NCBI GenBank assembly: GCA_000165345.1
Contig: CM000436.1
Location: forward strand, 672,001-736,000
DNA: 64,000 nt
Direction: 5' to 3'
Numbering within the stretch: the stretch's first letter is position 1; each line of letters opens with the position of its first letter. The position numbers were made by a program, and so were the translations under genes. The notes under the pieces are model-generated. The model was not told where the DNA came from. It was given only the letters and a program-made list of their open reading frames with translations, and searched no databases. Positions 49,301-63,176 of the stretch are shown piece by piece.

Positions 49301-52300
49301 AGCAATCAAAATATTCAGACATACCTTCAAGGAATAAGAAAAGAAATGAAGGTGGGTATAATTTTGCTAATTTATCCGGAAATTTGAAAGATAATAGGGA
49401 TTATATCTGTCTTTGGAAAATTATTTCTTCCACTGCATCTCCAAACAAATCTAAAGTTTTGATTAATTCTCCGCTTACAGCAGTTTTTGGCAAAGGGTAT
49501 TATCAATATTTGATCAATGAGATTTATTTATGCACAGAATGCTTTGAAGCAAAGAGATATTTACATTCGAATCTGTTTATGCAGAAGTACGCAAATGAAT
49601 ACAACAGATTCTTATTTACTAAGGTGGTAGAGTTCCAAAAGTTGATTGACGAAATCATTACAAAAGATTTTTCAGAAATATATTTTAGTGAGGGAACAAA
49701 AGAAAGAGAAATAAATAAAATTTTAGAGACAATTTCAAGGGTAGAGTTGAAGCCTTTTGATATGTCTTTCAAAGAAGAAAATATTATCATTTGTAATTTA
49801 TGCTCTGATCGCTTTTATTGCAAAGATTTTGAGGATCTAGTTGAAATTGCGAATGATAACGCTATTTGTTCGGTTTCCCTCAATTACATTTGTAATAACT
49901 GTAATAAATTGTCAAATAAGATTTCAAAAAATCAATACTATAAGAAAAATGTTGAATTACCACAAGCAAACATTATTACAATGGCACAAGAAAGCTTGAA
50001 AGAACCAACATATCCAAACAGTAATTTTCCTTTGATTTTAAATACATTGATTTCTGCATCACAATTCAGAGTAACTTTATCTAAGGACGTTGATCTACTT
50101 CTAAGAGTCATTTTGAGCCCTTTTCTTGATCAATCAATCTCAGTTATAAAGAAGTATGAATTGTACTTAGAAATTGATAAAGAAAATATTAGAAGCGACA
50201 TAATTAATAAGTATTTCAATTCTGTATATTTTGCAAGAATAATAAAACAGACTTTACAATCTTCTTTATTACAATGGTTTCTGTTTTATATCCACCAAAA
50301 TGGCTTATTTGATTTTTCCAACTTGAGAAAAGACTATCTTCAACACTTTTACAAACAAAATAATGTAAGCTTGGATGATTTGATTCAAAACAACACTATA
50401 TCCGTAATTATTGCCTCTATTGAAAAGATGGTCCTTTCTAACGACTTGAATAGTAAAACTAACCAAAATAAATTGATTAAAAATAATCTGTACGATCCAG
50501 ATTACTTGTCTTTTCTAGGATTATATTCAAATTTATTATTTCCAGCAAGTAATTTTCAGATGTTTGGATTAGGGAACTTAAACTTGATGAATTACCAAGC
50601 TATAATTGATACAAAAATGTACCTTGAAATTAATGATTCTTTTAAAGAATATGTATTGAATTACCAAAACTCGCAAAGAAATTCTATTTTAGTTACTAAA
50701 CATAAAGCTTTGAAGGATGAAATAACGCAAGGATTAACTCTAATAAAAGACCAAATAGAAATGGACAAACAAGAATTTAAATTACCTAAATTATCATTTT
50801 TTGTATTAATTTATAGCTTCATTCTAAGCAAATTAAGCAAAATAGATGATAATTTCAGCGGTGTCGATTCTAATAGATGTAAATATTGTGGAAGGAGCCA
50901 AAACTTATTACTTGGGGATCAGTTGATTAATGTTCTTGAAAATGTTGCTCTACACAAAGAATGCGTATTATGGTCTCTCCCATTTGTTTTAGAACCAATT
51001 TTAAATAATTTAGATATGGGTTATGAGTCAAAGTTTGAAACAAATAAAAAAAAAAGTGAGATTTATTCACCTAAGTACCCCACTTTCGGAAGTATTTCTT
51101 GGCCAATTCTCAGGAAACCAATTCACGTAGATATCAATGACATTATAATAACATTGAACGATTTAAACGCTCTTAAATGTTTCTTCTGTGGGAATTCGGG
51201 TGCTACCATCAAATGTTCTGGAAATGATAAATGTTTTAAATATTATCATATTGATTGTATTTTTAAAGGTTTTCAAAAGAATAATTTTGAATATTATTCC
51301 AGTTACCAATTTAATAATATATTTCGAGAGGAAAGCAATAGTAATTTAGATTTGAGTATTAGTACAGATAAGGAATCGATGATTCATATTAGATTAAAAT
51401 ATAGAAGAGTTTGGTGTAATGAGTGCTGGGGAATCTACAAAACAATAATTGAGCCAGAAACTAGTTTTTCAGAGGGATTAACTGGCGGAATCTTAAATAC
51501 ATTTGTTAGTATGTTATTGGTCGATATTAAAATTGTAAATAATTTTGAATTTCAAGAGAGATTACAAATAGTTAATAAAAACACAATTATTGATTCGTTT
51601 ATAGAAAAGATAATTACTGTTTTTAGTACAAAGAAAAAATATAACTCAAAGATAAAGACCCTAATTCAGAAATTAAAAAGAATCCGTGATTCTATTCAAT
51701 ATAGCGATTTAAAATTTGAATCAAATATAGTCAATAATTCAATTATTTTATTGGACCCAGGTGTAATTATTGAAAATAAGGATTTCGTAGATGGGAAAGA
51801 AATAATGATTTTCCTTGTTAACTATAGGGCACTTCGAATTTGGAAGAGTTGCAGAATAATAAATAATATATTTGAAATCGACAATGCTCTTTCTTTATAT
51901 CTCTGTTCAACATTTGAGATTAATGGAAGCGTCAGATTTCAAATAGATTGGATCCCAACTACCCATTTCGAAATGAAGAAAGTGAATGAATGGTTGATTA
52001 CAAATGATTTTAAAGATGATGAATTCTGGAGTAAAATTTACATTAATGGAATTTGCCATAAATTATTCGGCATTCCATTGCTTAGAGATATAAATTTGAA
52101 AAATTTATTTAACAGTTTTTCTGAATTACTATGCTCAGAATCTCTTAAAGATGTAAGCCGTAGTACATTTGAATGCATTATTTATCCAAATTATTTATCA
52201 AGTAATTCTTACTTGGACTACTCTAACACAAAAAAAATGCAATTCGTAAGTGATTGTGATGCAAGATCACAAATATTCTTTGGGTTTAGAGAGGAATTCA

Positions 52301-53124
52301 TTTACAGTTTGGTCAAACGTAAAATAGACAGATTCAGTATAAAAAAGCTCATTTCTGTATTTTACTATAGGAAGATATTCGCTGATATAATGCATCCTGA
52401 GTTATGGACTAGTCACAGGCAATATCCTTACCCTGACAAGTTGTCAAAGTATAAAGGATTCGAATTTGAATACTGTAAACTTGGAAGAAATGAAATGAAA
52501 GGAGGCAGAATAAACGAGGATTTATTTACTATCATACATGCAGGCAATAATAAAGATCCTGATAACGTGGAATTGATGAATTCTATTCACCAAAGTTTCC
52601 AAGAGTCATCTAAAAGAAATAAGATTCTGCTGGAGGATATGGGTCCCACAAAGTTATATAGATATTTAGACTCACTTCCTTATGATAAACGCTTAAATAT
52701 CAAGAAATCAAGTATTCATGGATTTGGGCTCTTTGCAAAAGAACTGATTAAAACAGGAGAGCCAATTATTGAATATGTTGGCGAGCTAATACGTAATAGC
52801 GTTGCAGATAAAAGAGAAAGTCTTTATAAGTCAAACGGAAATCGGGATGGGTCATGCTATATGTTTAGGCTAGATGAATCCAGCGTAATAGATGCGACTA
52901 ATATTGGAAATCATGCCAGATTTATGAATCATTGCTGTGATCCAAATTCAATTTGTAAAGTTATAAGTATTGATTCGCAAAACAAGCATATTGTAATATT
53001 CTCCAAAAAAACAATTAATAAGGATGAAGAGATTACTTATGACTATCAGTTCAATGTTGAGGAGGCTTCAGAGAAAATTATATGCCATTGCGGTGCAAGC
53101 AATTGCCTTGGAAGGATGAACTAA
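46390..53124 (+). CDS. SET1: SET1/MLL-family histone H3K4 methyltransferase, 2244 aa. It has multiple PHD/ePHD fingers, a bromodomain-like module, and a C-terminal SET plus post-SET domain.
   Basis: The C-terminus GFGLFAKELIKTGEPIIEYVGELIRNSVADKRESLYK...YMFRLDESSVIDATNIGNHARFMNHCCDPNSICKVI...ITYDYQF...ICHCGASNCLGRMN aligns to the SET1/MLL SET domain, including the terminal CHCGA.NC...MN. The PHD-type Cys/His clusters are CTRCKLP...CELCSRKFHQNC, CTICQQKSDELLHCLKCGVNIHSKC and CFFCGNSGATIKCSGNDKCFKYYHIDC. The bromodomain-like segment is YWKVVKIPMDIMTVTNNLESKKYDSDEYSFIRDIFRIIYNAQ. Confidence 0.85.
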   Translation: MTVESARNSKRKGANTNFRDGELVGENKKRRCSHSSSSKNSNLQSKRRVQSRSRKNESCMNVFVQADDNNETELVKLNTIEIKNLKDGFKYVGYRCRVAVSRQKTKELKNNSPNAFNWVEGIIKFWDPKFKLFFIHFLLSPSINSFRNINNTPKHEWKYLATQNNSPPANTDIRNLVLSPFAIDRGWFDPNPITMKLYGSLPLKDISSISFQDKAELTKSEKFSSEVCTRCKLPIVEEEVIYSCELCSRKFHQNCVNMSNTSIQDLKDSDITTLRQYNSPNNLELLLIANEHNQYIRERKRLWKRNYNVSHDSEGNLSLYNKCFNDGQLPYDLVDVEELERALPNEVKKIILENYNMSHTGIRKLLSKLPDKMGSIIGDHQVKLLCRNYRYNKRNKSIMLTQSYKEEDYSSTITSLESTPSKICSRNEPSVQKSDLIDDIDSKSVFNKGEYNSESSFIETMELEKTDFTKDENNPIQISIDDAKDEQLKTNEYKYRCKDCIPCIYCKEPLLRIPVILKPNELPNRSLVYSQIPTKLEEFVVCGTCGICYHGSCGNSFVPPLLFGGNNFNCSNCCKCIHCGYRDNGFMDYASWDSTFSSCIRCCKGFERGQFCSICRKIWTSSWEGEWLQCDICKFWVHYDCDKDLNEPIEFYSNVKNLYNCPACRSNDNSVKYQRILDHFICLDKNKDFASTPLPSYQNYWKVVKIPMDIMTVTNNLESKKYDSDEYSFIRDIFRIIYNAQISHMPNHRIFKLAANILKKITHLFKLLFGENLLLRFFNVIKKEESSMSILVEQIDTNDLRSKIGDEIFENTNSNINVKLSQDYRANNLSCENNVENELAIDLAEAVLNHTKLNLDISGNLRNTISRKQFSCLKGDNNLNSVFGKLFAEFKKCTICQQKSDELLHCLKCGVNIHSKCSEVVNGSFVCNSCTACHICSELMADSSIPVISCYTCNKRVHYTCIWQDYERFIEQSKYSDIPSRNKKRNEGGYNFANLSGNLKDNRDYICLWKIISSTASPNKSKVLINSPLTAVFGKGYYQYLINEIYLCTECFEAKRYLHSNLFMQKYANEYNRFLFTKVVEFQKLIDEIITKDFSEIYFSEGTKEREINKILETISRVELKPFDMSFKEENIIICNLCSDRFYCKDFEDLVEIANDNAICSVSLNYICNNCNKLSNKISKNQYYKKNVELPQANIITMAQESLKEPTYPNSNFPLILNTLISASQFRVTLSKDVDLLLRVILSPFLDQSISVIKKYELYLEIDKENIRSDIINKYFNSVYFARIIKQTLQSSLLQWFLFYIHQNGLFDFSNLRKDYLQHFYKQNNVSLDDLIQNNTISVIIASIEKMVLSNDLNSKTNQNKLIKNNLYDPDYLSFLGLYSNLLFPASNFQMFGLGNLNLMNYQAIIDTKMYLEINDSFKEYVLNYQNSQRNSILVTKHKALKDEITQGLTLIKDQIEMDKQEFKLPKLSFFVLIYSFILSKLSKIDDNFSGVDSNRCKYCGRSQNLLLGDQLINVLENVALHKECVLWSLPFVLEPILNNLDMGYESKFETNKKKSEIYSPKYPTFGSISWPILRKPIHVDINDIIITLNDLNALKCFFCGNSGATIKCSGNDKCFKYYHIDCIFKGFQKNNFEYYSSYQFNNIFREESNSNLDLSISTDKESMIHIRLKYRRVWCNECWGIYKTIIEPETSFSEGLTGGILNTFVSMLLVDIKIVNNFEFQERLQIVNKNTIIDSFIEKIITVFSTKKKYNSKIKTLIQKLKRIRDSIQYSDLKFESNIVNNSIILLDPGVIIENKDFVDGKEIMIFLVNYRALRIWKSCRIINNIFEIDNALSLYLCSTFEINGSVRFQIDWIPTTHFEMKKVNEWLITNDFKDDEFWSKIYINGICHKLFGIPLLRDINLKNLFNSFSELLCSESLKDVSRSTFECIIYPNYLSSNSYLDYSNTKKMQFVSDCDARSQIFFGFREEFIYSLVKRKIDRFSIKKLISVFYYRKIFADIMHPELWTSHRQYPYPDKLSKYKGFEFEYCKLGRNEMKGGRINEDLFTIIHAGNNKDPDNVELMNSIHQSFQESSKRNKILLEDMGPTKLYRYLDSLPYDKRLNIKKSSIHGFGLFAKELIKTGEPIIEYVGELIRNSVADKRESLYKSNGNRDGSCYMFRLDESSVIDATNIGNHARFMNHCCDPNSICKVISIDSQNKHIVIFSKKTINKDEEITYDYQFNVEEASEKIICHCGASNCLGRMN

Positions 53125-53170
53125 ATATGGAAAATATTTATTTCTCATAGATTTTCTCAGATATTCAGAA

Positions 53171-54196
53171 TTAGGTTTGGTTTGCACTAATATTTTCTTT
53201 GATTTCAGTAGATTTTGTGAGTCCTTTGTAGCTTTCAATTAACTTCAAATATTTGTCTTTATCAAGTTTTGCGTCTGAAATAATAGATGAATTATTTCCA
53301 TTAATAACCGTTCCTGCTCTTCTGTATAGTTTATGCATTCTATTTTTATTGATAATTGGTTCAGACTTCTGAGAAATATCTGAGTCAACATCATCTATAT
53401 TGCTATTGTCACTGGAGTCATTTTCAGTTCCATTCATAATTTGTTCACCTCCGATTGCTGATCTTAGGGAAGAATTATCGTTTAGATCGAAGTGATTCAT
53501 TTCTTTATCCGGGCTAGTGTTGCCTTGATAATCTTGAGTCTTTTTAGATGCAGCTAATTCAATAATCTTGTTATTGCTGCTGATATCATGGATCTTTTGC
53601 TCAAAGCTAACTTCAGATTCTATTTGAGATGAACCTTTAAATCCATCATTGACTTTGGACTCACTCTTAACCTTATTTAAATTAAAAAATTCTTCAGTTT
53701 CACTTTCAGAACAATGAAAGTCTGTTTTTTTTTTCAATAACCAATAAATAAAGTCGATTGACTTTTGGATTTTTTTCTTATACTCTATGTTAGGACCAAA
53801 CTTTTTAATATTATTTTCGAAGTTTGAAGTTATAAAAATTTTCAAATTCTCTATTTCTTTATTAATTGAACCTATTTTCTGAAGAAAGTCGACGTCCAAA
53901 GATAAAAACTCATTTATCATTTCTTTAAGCCGATTCAAGTTTAATGGTATGTTCAAGTTGGATGTTTTTATATAAGTTTTAAGTAAATTAATCCTTTTCA
54001 ATAAAATTTGCGAAGGAAATCGATGATAATTTTCTGAATCATCAATAAACTCAGTTCTTTGATATATATAATAGTAACTACCCAAGTTTAGTTTAATAGC
54101 CTCTTCAAATTCCCTATCATTGCTACATTCATCTTTGTGCAATATTATTAAATAATCGTCCTCTTGATAAGTTTTATCATTGTTCGAACAGGACAT
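53171..54196 (-). CDS. Hypothetical protein of about 341 aa with an acidic/Ser-Asn-rich C-terminal half.
   Basis: ORF with its first ATG at 54196; the track start at 54223 is TTG. No family was recognised. Confidence 0.45.
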   Translation of the reverse strand: MSCSNNDKTYQEDDYLIILHKDECSNDREFEEAIKLNLGSYYYIYQRTEFIDDSENYHRFPSQILLKRINLLKTYIKTSNLNIPLNLNRLKEMINEFLSLDVDFLQKIGSINKEIENLKIFITSNFENNIKKFGPNIEYKKKIQKSIDFIYWLLKKKTDFHCSESETEEFFNLNKVKSESKVNDGFKGSSQIESEVSFEQKIHDISSNNKIIELAASKKTQDYQGNTSPDKEMNHFDLNDNSSLRSAIGGEQIMNGTENDSSDNSNIDDVDSDISQKSEPIINKNRMHKLYRRAGTVINGNNSSIISDAKLDKDKYLKLIESYKGLTKSTEIKENISANQT

Positions 54197-54520
54197 TTTA
54201 AATCTATTTGTATTACCCCACAATAGATAATTACAGGAAACGTAAAGGGTTTTCTCTAATTTTGTTTGTCGAATCCTTTGATTTTTTTGTTGACCTTTTA
54301 AGTGGATTAAATGGCCTTTTAATTTTAATAGACATATAACTTTACACTAATTCCAGATTTGTCCACATGAAAATTATTGTCAATAATGCCAATAATAAAT
54401 TTACACAAAGAAAAAATAGATAGCTTTTATATATGCACCGAATTAATTCTTTGATGCCTTATTAATCCTTGAAATGATTTCTACTGATTGAAATGGCTTT
54501 TTGTTTCGAGAAAAAAGTGG

Positions 54521-55468
54521 ATGAACGTGATTTTTGAATTAATTAGAAATGGAATAAGGCTAGTTCGACTAAAAGTTGGGTCCTTTTCAAGGGACAATTT
54601 CGAAGAGTTTACGAGAGTTGTTTATGACGAATATTCAGGATTCCATATAGTTGAAGAATTTGATATTGCTGAAAGTGAGTCTTTTTTAATAGTTTCTAAG
54701 GAATGTTTAATACAAAACTGCGAATTTAAATGTTGTTCTTCTAATTCTTCTGAATATGTCAGGGAAATTAAAAGTGGAGCAAATCAAATAAATTTGGATC
54801 CAAATTGTAAAAGCTTATCAAGACAACAACAATTTCTTGATTTTGAATCCACTAAGATAAATGCGCATGAAAGCGGAAGCGCATTAGCATGCATTACCCC
54901 CACAAAAACGAGTAGCATGGATATAAGTAGGAATAGGAGGGATGATTTTTTAATAAACTCAATATTTGAAGATACAAATGAGCCATATTTTTTAAAAGGT
55001 TTAATAAATTCTGAAAAAGAAAAGTTTGAATTAACTAACTTTGTAGATACACCTATTTTATTTCGAGAAGATTGCGTGACTCCGAAGCTCCCAGATTCAA
55101 AATATAGACAAAATTTAAAAAATGATAAAATTTGTTTTACTCCAGATGGCTTTGATTGCCACTTTGACGATAATACAAAACTAAACGATGATTTTAAAAA
55201 GTCTGATATATTACTGCTTCTGAGATTAAAGAGAAAAAAACTGGCTATGCTCGAAAGCCAGTTAAAAAGAGATGTAAAACTATTAAATATAAACGGTTCT
55301 TCTGAAAATGAAAGCAAACCTGATAACCTCAGCTCAATAGAAAAAATGGTGAGGTGCCCTGCTCAGCTTTATTTCATTAAAAGAAGGATTGAAAATATTA
55401 AGGAAAATATTGAAAATACAGAAAGGGATATTGCTATATTAGAAGAAAAGACTTCTGAAACTTACTAG
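54521..55468 (+). CDS. Hypothetical protein of about 315 aa with a coiled-coil C-terminus.
   Basis: ORF with its first ATG at 54521; the track start at 54488 is TTG. The C-terminal end looks like heptad repeats (KLAMLESQLKRDVKLL...IENIKENIENTERDIAILEEK). Confidence 0.4.
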   Translation: MNVIFELIRNGIRLVRLKVGSFSRDNFEEFTRVVYDEYSGFHIVEEFDIAESESFLIVSKECLIQNCEFKCCSSNSSEYVREIKSGANQINLDPNCKSLSRQQQFLDFESTKINAHESGSALACITPTKTSSMDISRNRRDDFLINSIFEDTNEPYFLKGLINSEKEKFELTNFVDTPILFREDCVTPKLPDSKYRQNLKNDKICFTPDGFDCHFDDNTKLNDDFKKSDILLLLRLKRKKLAMLESQLKRDVKLLNINGSSENESKPDNLSSIEKMVRCPAQLYFIKRRIENIKENIENTERDIAILEEKTSETY

Positions 55469-55469
55469 G

Positions 55470-56573
55470 TTATTCAGGGCCAAATATGTATGTTAGTATG
55501 CAGTAGGTAACTAATTCTGACTCAAAATTGCGAAAAGTGTACTTATTTTTATTTAAATCAGCTATTACCAGCTTATCGTCAGATAATTCAAGTTCTACTG
55601 ATTTTTTTGTTTTGTTGTTTTGGCAATTAATTTTTATTTTTTCTTTACAGGAGAAGTAAATTATTCCTATTTTACTCCCTGGAATAAAAGATTCTGAATC
55701 TTTTCCTATAATAAACCCGGTATTTGCAGGCTCTATTGATAAAATATAAATAGATTTTGATAAGATATTTAGATTTCTCCCAAGCTTGGCATTCAGCTCG
55801 TTTGGAAGATATTCTATTGCGTTAAAATAAACAAGCATTTCATCTTGAATCTCGTCGCTTTCTAATACAGCATATCTGAAATTTGAACTAAAACTGGATT
55901 TTGAAACTGAATTATTGGTCAATAAACCTTGATAATCCATCTTAATTAAAGCTTTGTTAATTTTATTTCTCATCTCTTCACCGAACCAAGTCGATTTCAT
56001 AGTTATTCCAAATTCATTAAGTTCATATAACATTTGATTGTCAATGATATTCACTATATCTTTAATTATATATGGAGATGCCCACCTAGAAATATCGCAA
56101 GTTTTAGAGCTGTAATTGTTTTTCACTTCATCCATAATTTTATCAACACAGTAGTAAATAATTGATTCTGAAAATACCGTAATCATCAGGTTGTACTCCG
56201 AAATATCTAATTCATTCTCTTTGTAAATATTATTCGATTTTCCAGTACATATTTCCTTGAGAGAATTGTATGCAAGAAATGCCTTTTTGATTATCATAGG
56301 TAATAACATATAAATAAAGTTTTTTTTCAAATATTTATCGATCAAGTTCCCAATTTTGTCTTCTTTTGATCTACTAAAATTTTTTATCCCAATAAAGCCT
56401 TCAATCTTTGAATTACAACTTGAATCTTGATGGTAGGAGCTGCATCTTGTCCCCGTCCTTTTTTGAACTCTCTCCATTATTTTATTTCGGGTTTCACAAC
56501 CGTTAAGCAATTTAACAACCAATTGGAATATCTTCTCAGTTTCCTCATCACTCCATACCATTAATTTATCCAT
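55470..56573 (-). CDS. Hypothetical 367-aa protein with a possible N-terminal SANT/Myb-like motif.
   Basis: ATG start at 56573. The N-terminal VWSDEETEKIFQLVVKLLNGCETRNKIMERVQKRTGTRC loosely fits the SANT pattern W..EE...F...V.....W..I...V..RT..QC. The stop is 1 nt from the stop of the convergent 54521..55468 gene. Confidence 0.45.
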   Translation of the reverse strand: MDKLMVWSDEETEKIFQLVVKLLNGCETRNKIMERVQKRTGTRCSSYHQDSSCNSKIEGFIGIKNFSRSKEDKIGNLIDKYLKKNFIYMLLPMIIKKAFLAYNSLKEICTGKSNNIYKENELDISEYNLMITVFSESIIYYCVDKIMDEVKNNYSSKTCDISRWASPYIIKDIVNIIDNQMLYELNEFGITMKSTWFGEEMRNKINKALIKMDYQGLLTNNSVSKSSFSSNFRYAVLESDEIQDEMLVYFNAIEYLPNELNAKLGRNLNILSKSIYILSIEPANTGFIIGKDSESFIPGSKIGIIYFSCKEKIKINCQNNKTKKSVELELSDDKLVIADLNKNKYTFRNFESELVTYCILTYIFGPE

Positions 56574-56869
56574 GATTTTTAACTTAAATAAAATATGTTA
56601 GCATGTGCGAATGTAAGGAAAAATTTGTTAAATTATATTTCAAGACTTCGAATATTAAAAATTTCCCTCATAAGCGCCTGTATTGTTTGCATGCGGACTG
56701 ATTTTTCAACTATATTACATGTAAAATTGAAAATTGTTACTAAGAACCTCATTCATGGGATTTCTAAATAAAAAAAGACTTAAAGAAACAAGCGAAAATG
56801 AGTAAGTAAATTATTTGGATAATTAGTGATTATTATTACTCGTACAGAAAAAGAGGCATTTGTAATAAT

Positions 56870-57785
56870 ATGACTCATATTAAGTCAAAAATAACAGGAA
56901 TGATAATTGAAACTAGTAATCAGGCAGGAAACAACTCACCAATGTCTCTAGAAGATCCAGATGAACCATCTCCTTCACCAATAAATCCAATTACTCTTAA
57001 GCACACTCTTAGACTTGCTTCAAGAGTAAGTATTTCGAATAATGCTAAGGTAAGTCAAAAAAATTTAGTTGACGCGTTTATTTTAATTATTAAAATGATA
57101 AAACTTTTAGATTGAAGAAAAATATTTTGAAGAATATCCTAATTCATCTTTGCTTACAGAACTTGGCGAGACTTTGAAGGCGATTTCAGTCAATGATTTT
57201 TCATTTTCTCCATCTCCAACAAAGTTATCTAAACTACCAGAAGATACAGAAGCTAAATTTATAAAGTCAATATTACCTAAAAGTAATTATAGAGAAAAGG
57301 TAAAGAAGTCTCAAAAGTTGTGCAAAAAAAATAATAGAAGGTCAAAGCTTGAGGAGGAAAAAACAAAGAAACATATCAGAAAAGATTCGCTAAATGAAAA
57401 CATTGAATGTTGCGAAATATTTGATTTAAATGTTCAAGAAACTGCTGGCGAAGTTGAAATCCAAAGTTATGAGAGTATATTGGGTCAAACTATAAATAAA
57501 TCTCAGTCTACCGATGGAAAAGAAACAAATGATTCAGAAATTAAAAAATCCACTCCATTATCATTCGGGAGTAATGAATCATTCAGATATTCGAGATGGA
57601 TAAAAAAAAATAGTATTAAAAATTTCATTAGTAGGTATATACCAAGGTTCTTGATTCCTGCATTTAAGGCAATCGAAAATTTAAGGATAAAATTTGCAAT
57701 TCCAACAAAAATAGTAGAATATCGACGAGAAGTAGGGCAAAAAAAAGAAAAAGTAAAAAAGAAAATAAAGCTCAAGAGGAAATAA
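56870..57785 (+). CDS. Hypothetical basic, Lys-rich protein encoded in two exons (exon 1 from 56870, exon 2 ending at 57785). The intron is either 57050..57110 (61 nt) or 57027..57159 (133 nt), and both are in frame.
   Basis: ATG at 56870. Two GTAAGT donors lie at 57027 and 57050. The acceptors are aaacttttAG ending at 57110 (phase 0, matching donor 57050) and ttgcttacAG ending at 57159 (phase 1, matching donor 57027). Either splice joins the 81-aa and 211-aa track ORFs in frame. The C-terminus is a KKEKVKKKIKLKRK basic tail. Confidence 0.4.
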
Positions 57786-57920
57786 TTTAGGACAAGAACC
57801 CGCCTATAGTTGGAAATCGAAGTCCTTAATAACTGATAATTAGAATAGAAGAGGCTGAAACTATTACATAGTTTGCTGATAGCAAAGAATTCCAACTATT
57901 TAGTTTATCCAGCTTTATGT

Positions 57921-61847
<3,927 letters not shown>

Positions 61848-62053
61848 ATTCACTCACTAGTTAATACCTTTGGTTTTTAGAGAGTCTTTAAGTGCTTTTT
61901 TAATTTTAATATTTTCTTATGTTACTCAGACTAGTAAAATAAACATTGCGCGAATTTTTTTGTTTTCTGTAACTAATGAGGGCCAAAAGCACTGGAGGCT
62001 GAATATAACAAAAGAGTTTAAGATAAAGTAAAAAAATAGAGTGGGTTCAAGTA

Positions 62054-63011
62054 ATGTACCTGGATAAGAAAATACTATATTGGTGTACAATTCCCGTTAC
62101 CATATTAGTTTTTTGTGGAGTTATTTTAAGAACAATTCTTCAAACATCCTCGCAAAAAAAGAAAAAGAAAAGGTTGCCTTTTAAGAATGAGAAAAATTTG
62201 AATGATTGCTTGATGTCCACTCAACGCGTGTCTTTGAGAAATCAAGAGTTCCAAAATCACCTCAATAGGAGTGCATTAATAAGGTCTAGAAGATTTTTAA
62301 TTCCAGAAGATTCATTTTTGAAAAGAAAGCTGTTTTATTGTGAACTAGAGAGTGGATATTTTCATAACTCTCCAGAATCTCCAAGCCCATTGGCTGCACT
62401 CTCAAACCCAGGTATGTTTACGTGCTTAATTCTTATGACTTCATAATTTTTCAACAATTTAGACCACTCTGCACTTACAGATATGATGAAAAACCAATTT
62501 GGGTTTCTGATTTTGAATGGAGGGATGGGATACTTAGTCAACACATTATTTTCGGGATTTCTAGTTGTTTATATTCCTTTCCCACTTTCTTATTCATTTA
62601 AGGGAATGCTTCAAAGAGGAATAGAATCAAATCCAAATATAAGCGCCTCATTTTTGTCAGCTCTATCATTTTATTTCATTGCATTACTCTGTTGTGGAGA
62701 GGTTGTTCATCTTTTCCTTTCTATTATTGGGTTTGAAGGAGTTTCAGGTCCGCAAATTGATCTACCAATGATGAATCAGCAAGGTAAGTAAATCATAAAA
62801 TTTTCTTAAAAAAAAAAATTTGCCGTAGTTTCTCCTCTGGGGAATCAAACAGATTACTCTAAGCTCTTTAAAGAAGAGGTAGAGTCATTACAGATTACTG
62901 TAAGTTTTTGATAGATAATTGCAAGGCATTTTAACTTAAATTTACCTACAGCCAATAGAATGCGCGCTAGACCAAATGGAAGAGATGGCAATAAAACTGC
63001 TAGAAATTTGA
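62054..63011 (+). CDS. EMC3: ER membrane protein complex subunit 3 (EMC3/TMEM111), about 263 aa. It has four exons: 62054..62411, 62481..62783, 62829..62899 and 62952..63011. The introns are 69, 45 and 52 nt.
   Basis: The translation ALIRSRRFLIPEDSFLKRKLFYCELESGYFHNSPESPSPLAALSNP|D|MMKNQFGFLILNGGMGYLVNTLFSGFLVVYIPFPLSYSFKGMLQRGIESNPNISASFLSALSFYFIALL aligns to human EMC3 [37 protein letters not shown]...[83 protein letters not shown]. The introns have GTATGT/GTAAGT donors and YAG acceptors, and phases match at every junction. The spliced C-terminus TDYSKLFKEEVESLQITPIECALDQMEEMAIKLLEI matches EMC3 [33 protein letters not shown]. Confidence 0.7.
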
Positions 63012-63176
63012 GTTAACGTGTACACGGATTGAATTGCTCTATTTTTCGTGTGCTAGTTAACGAATTTTTTAATTGCTATAAAATACTAACCTATTTCTGT
63101 TTTAACCCCGTTGAATTTTAAAAGCTTCCAAATAACTTTTGAATTGGTGTTTTTTGGATTCAATTGCATGTATAAT

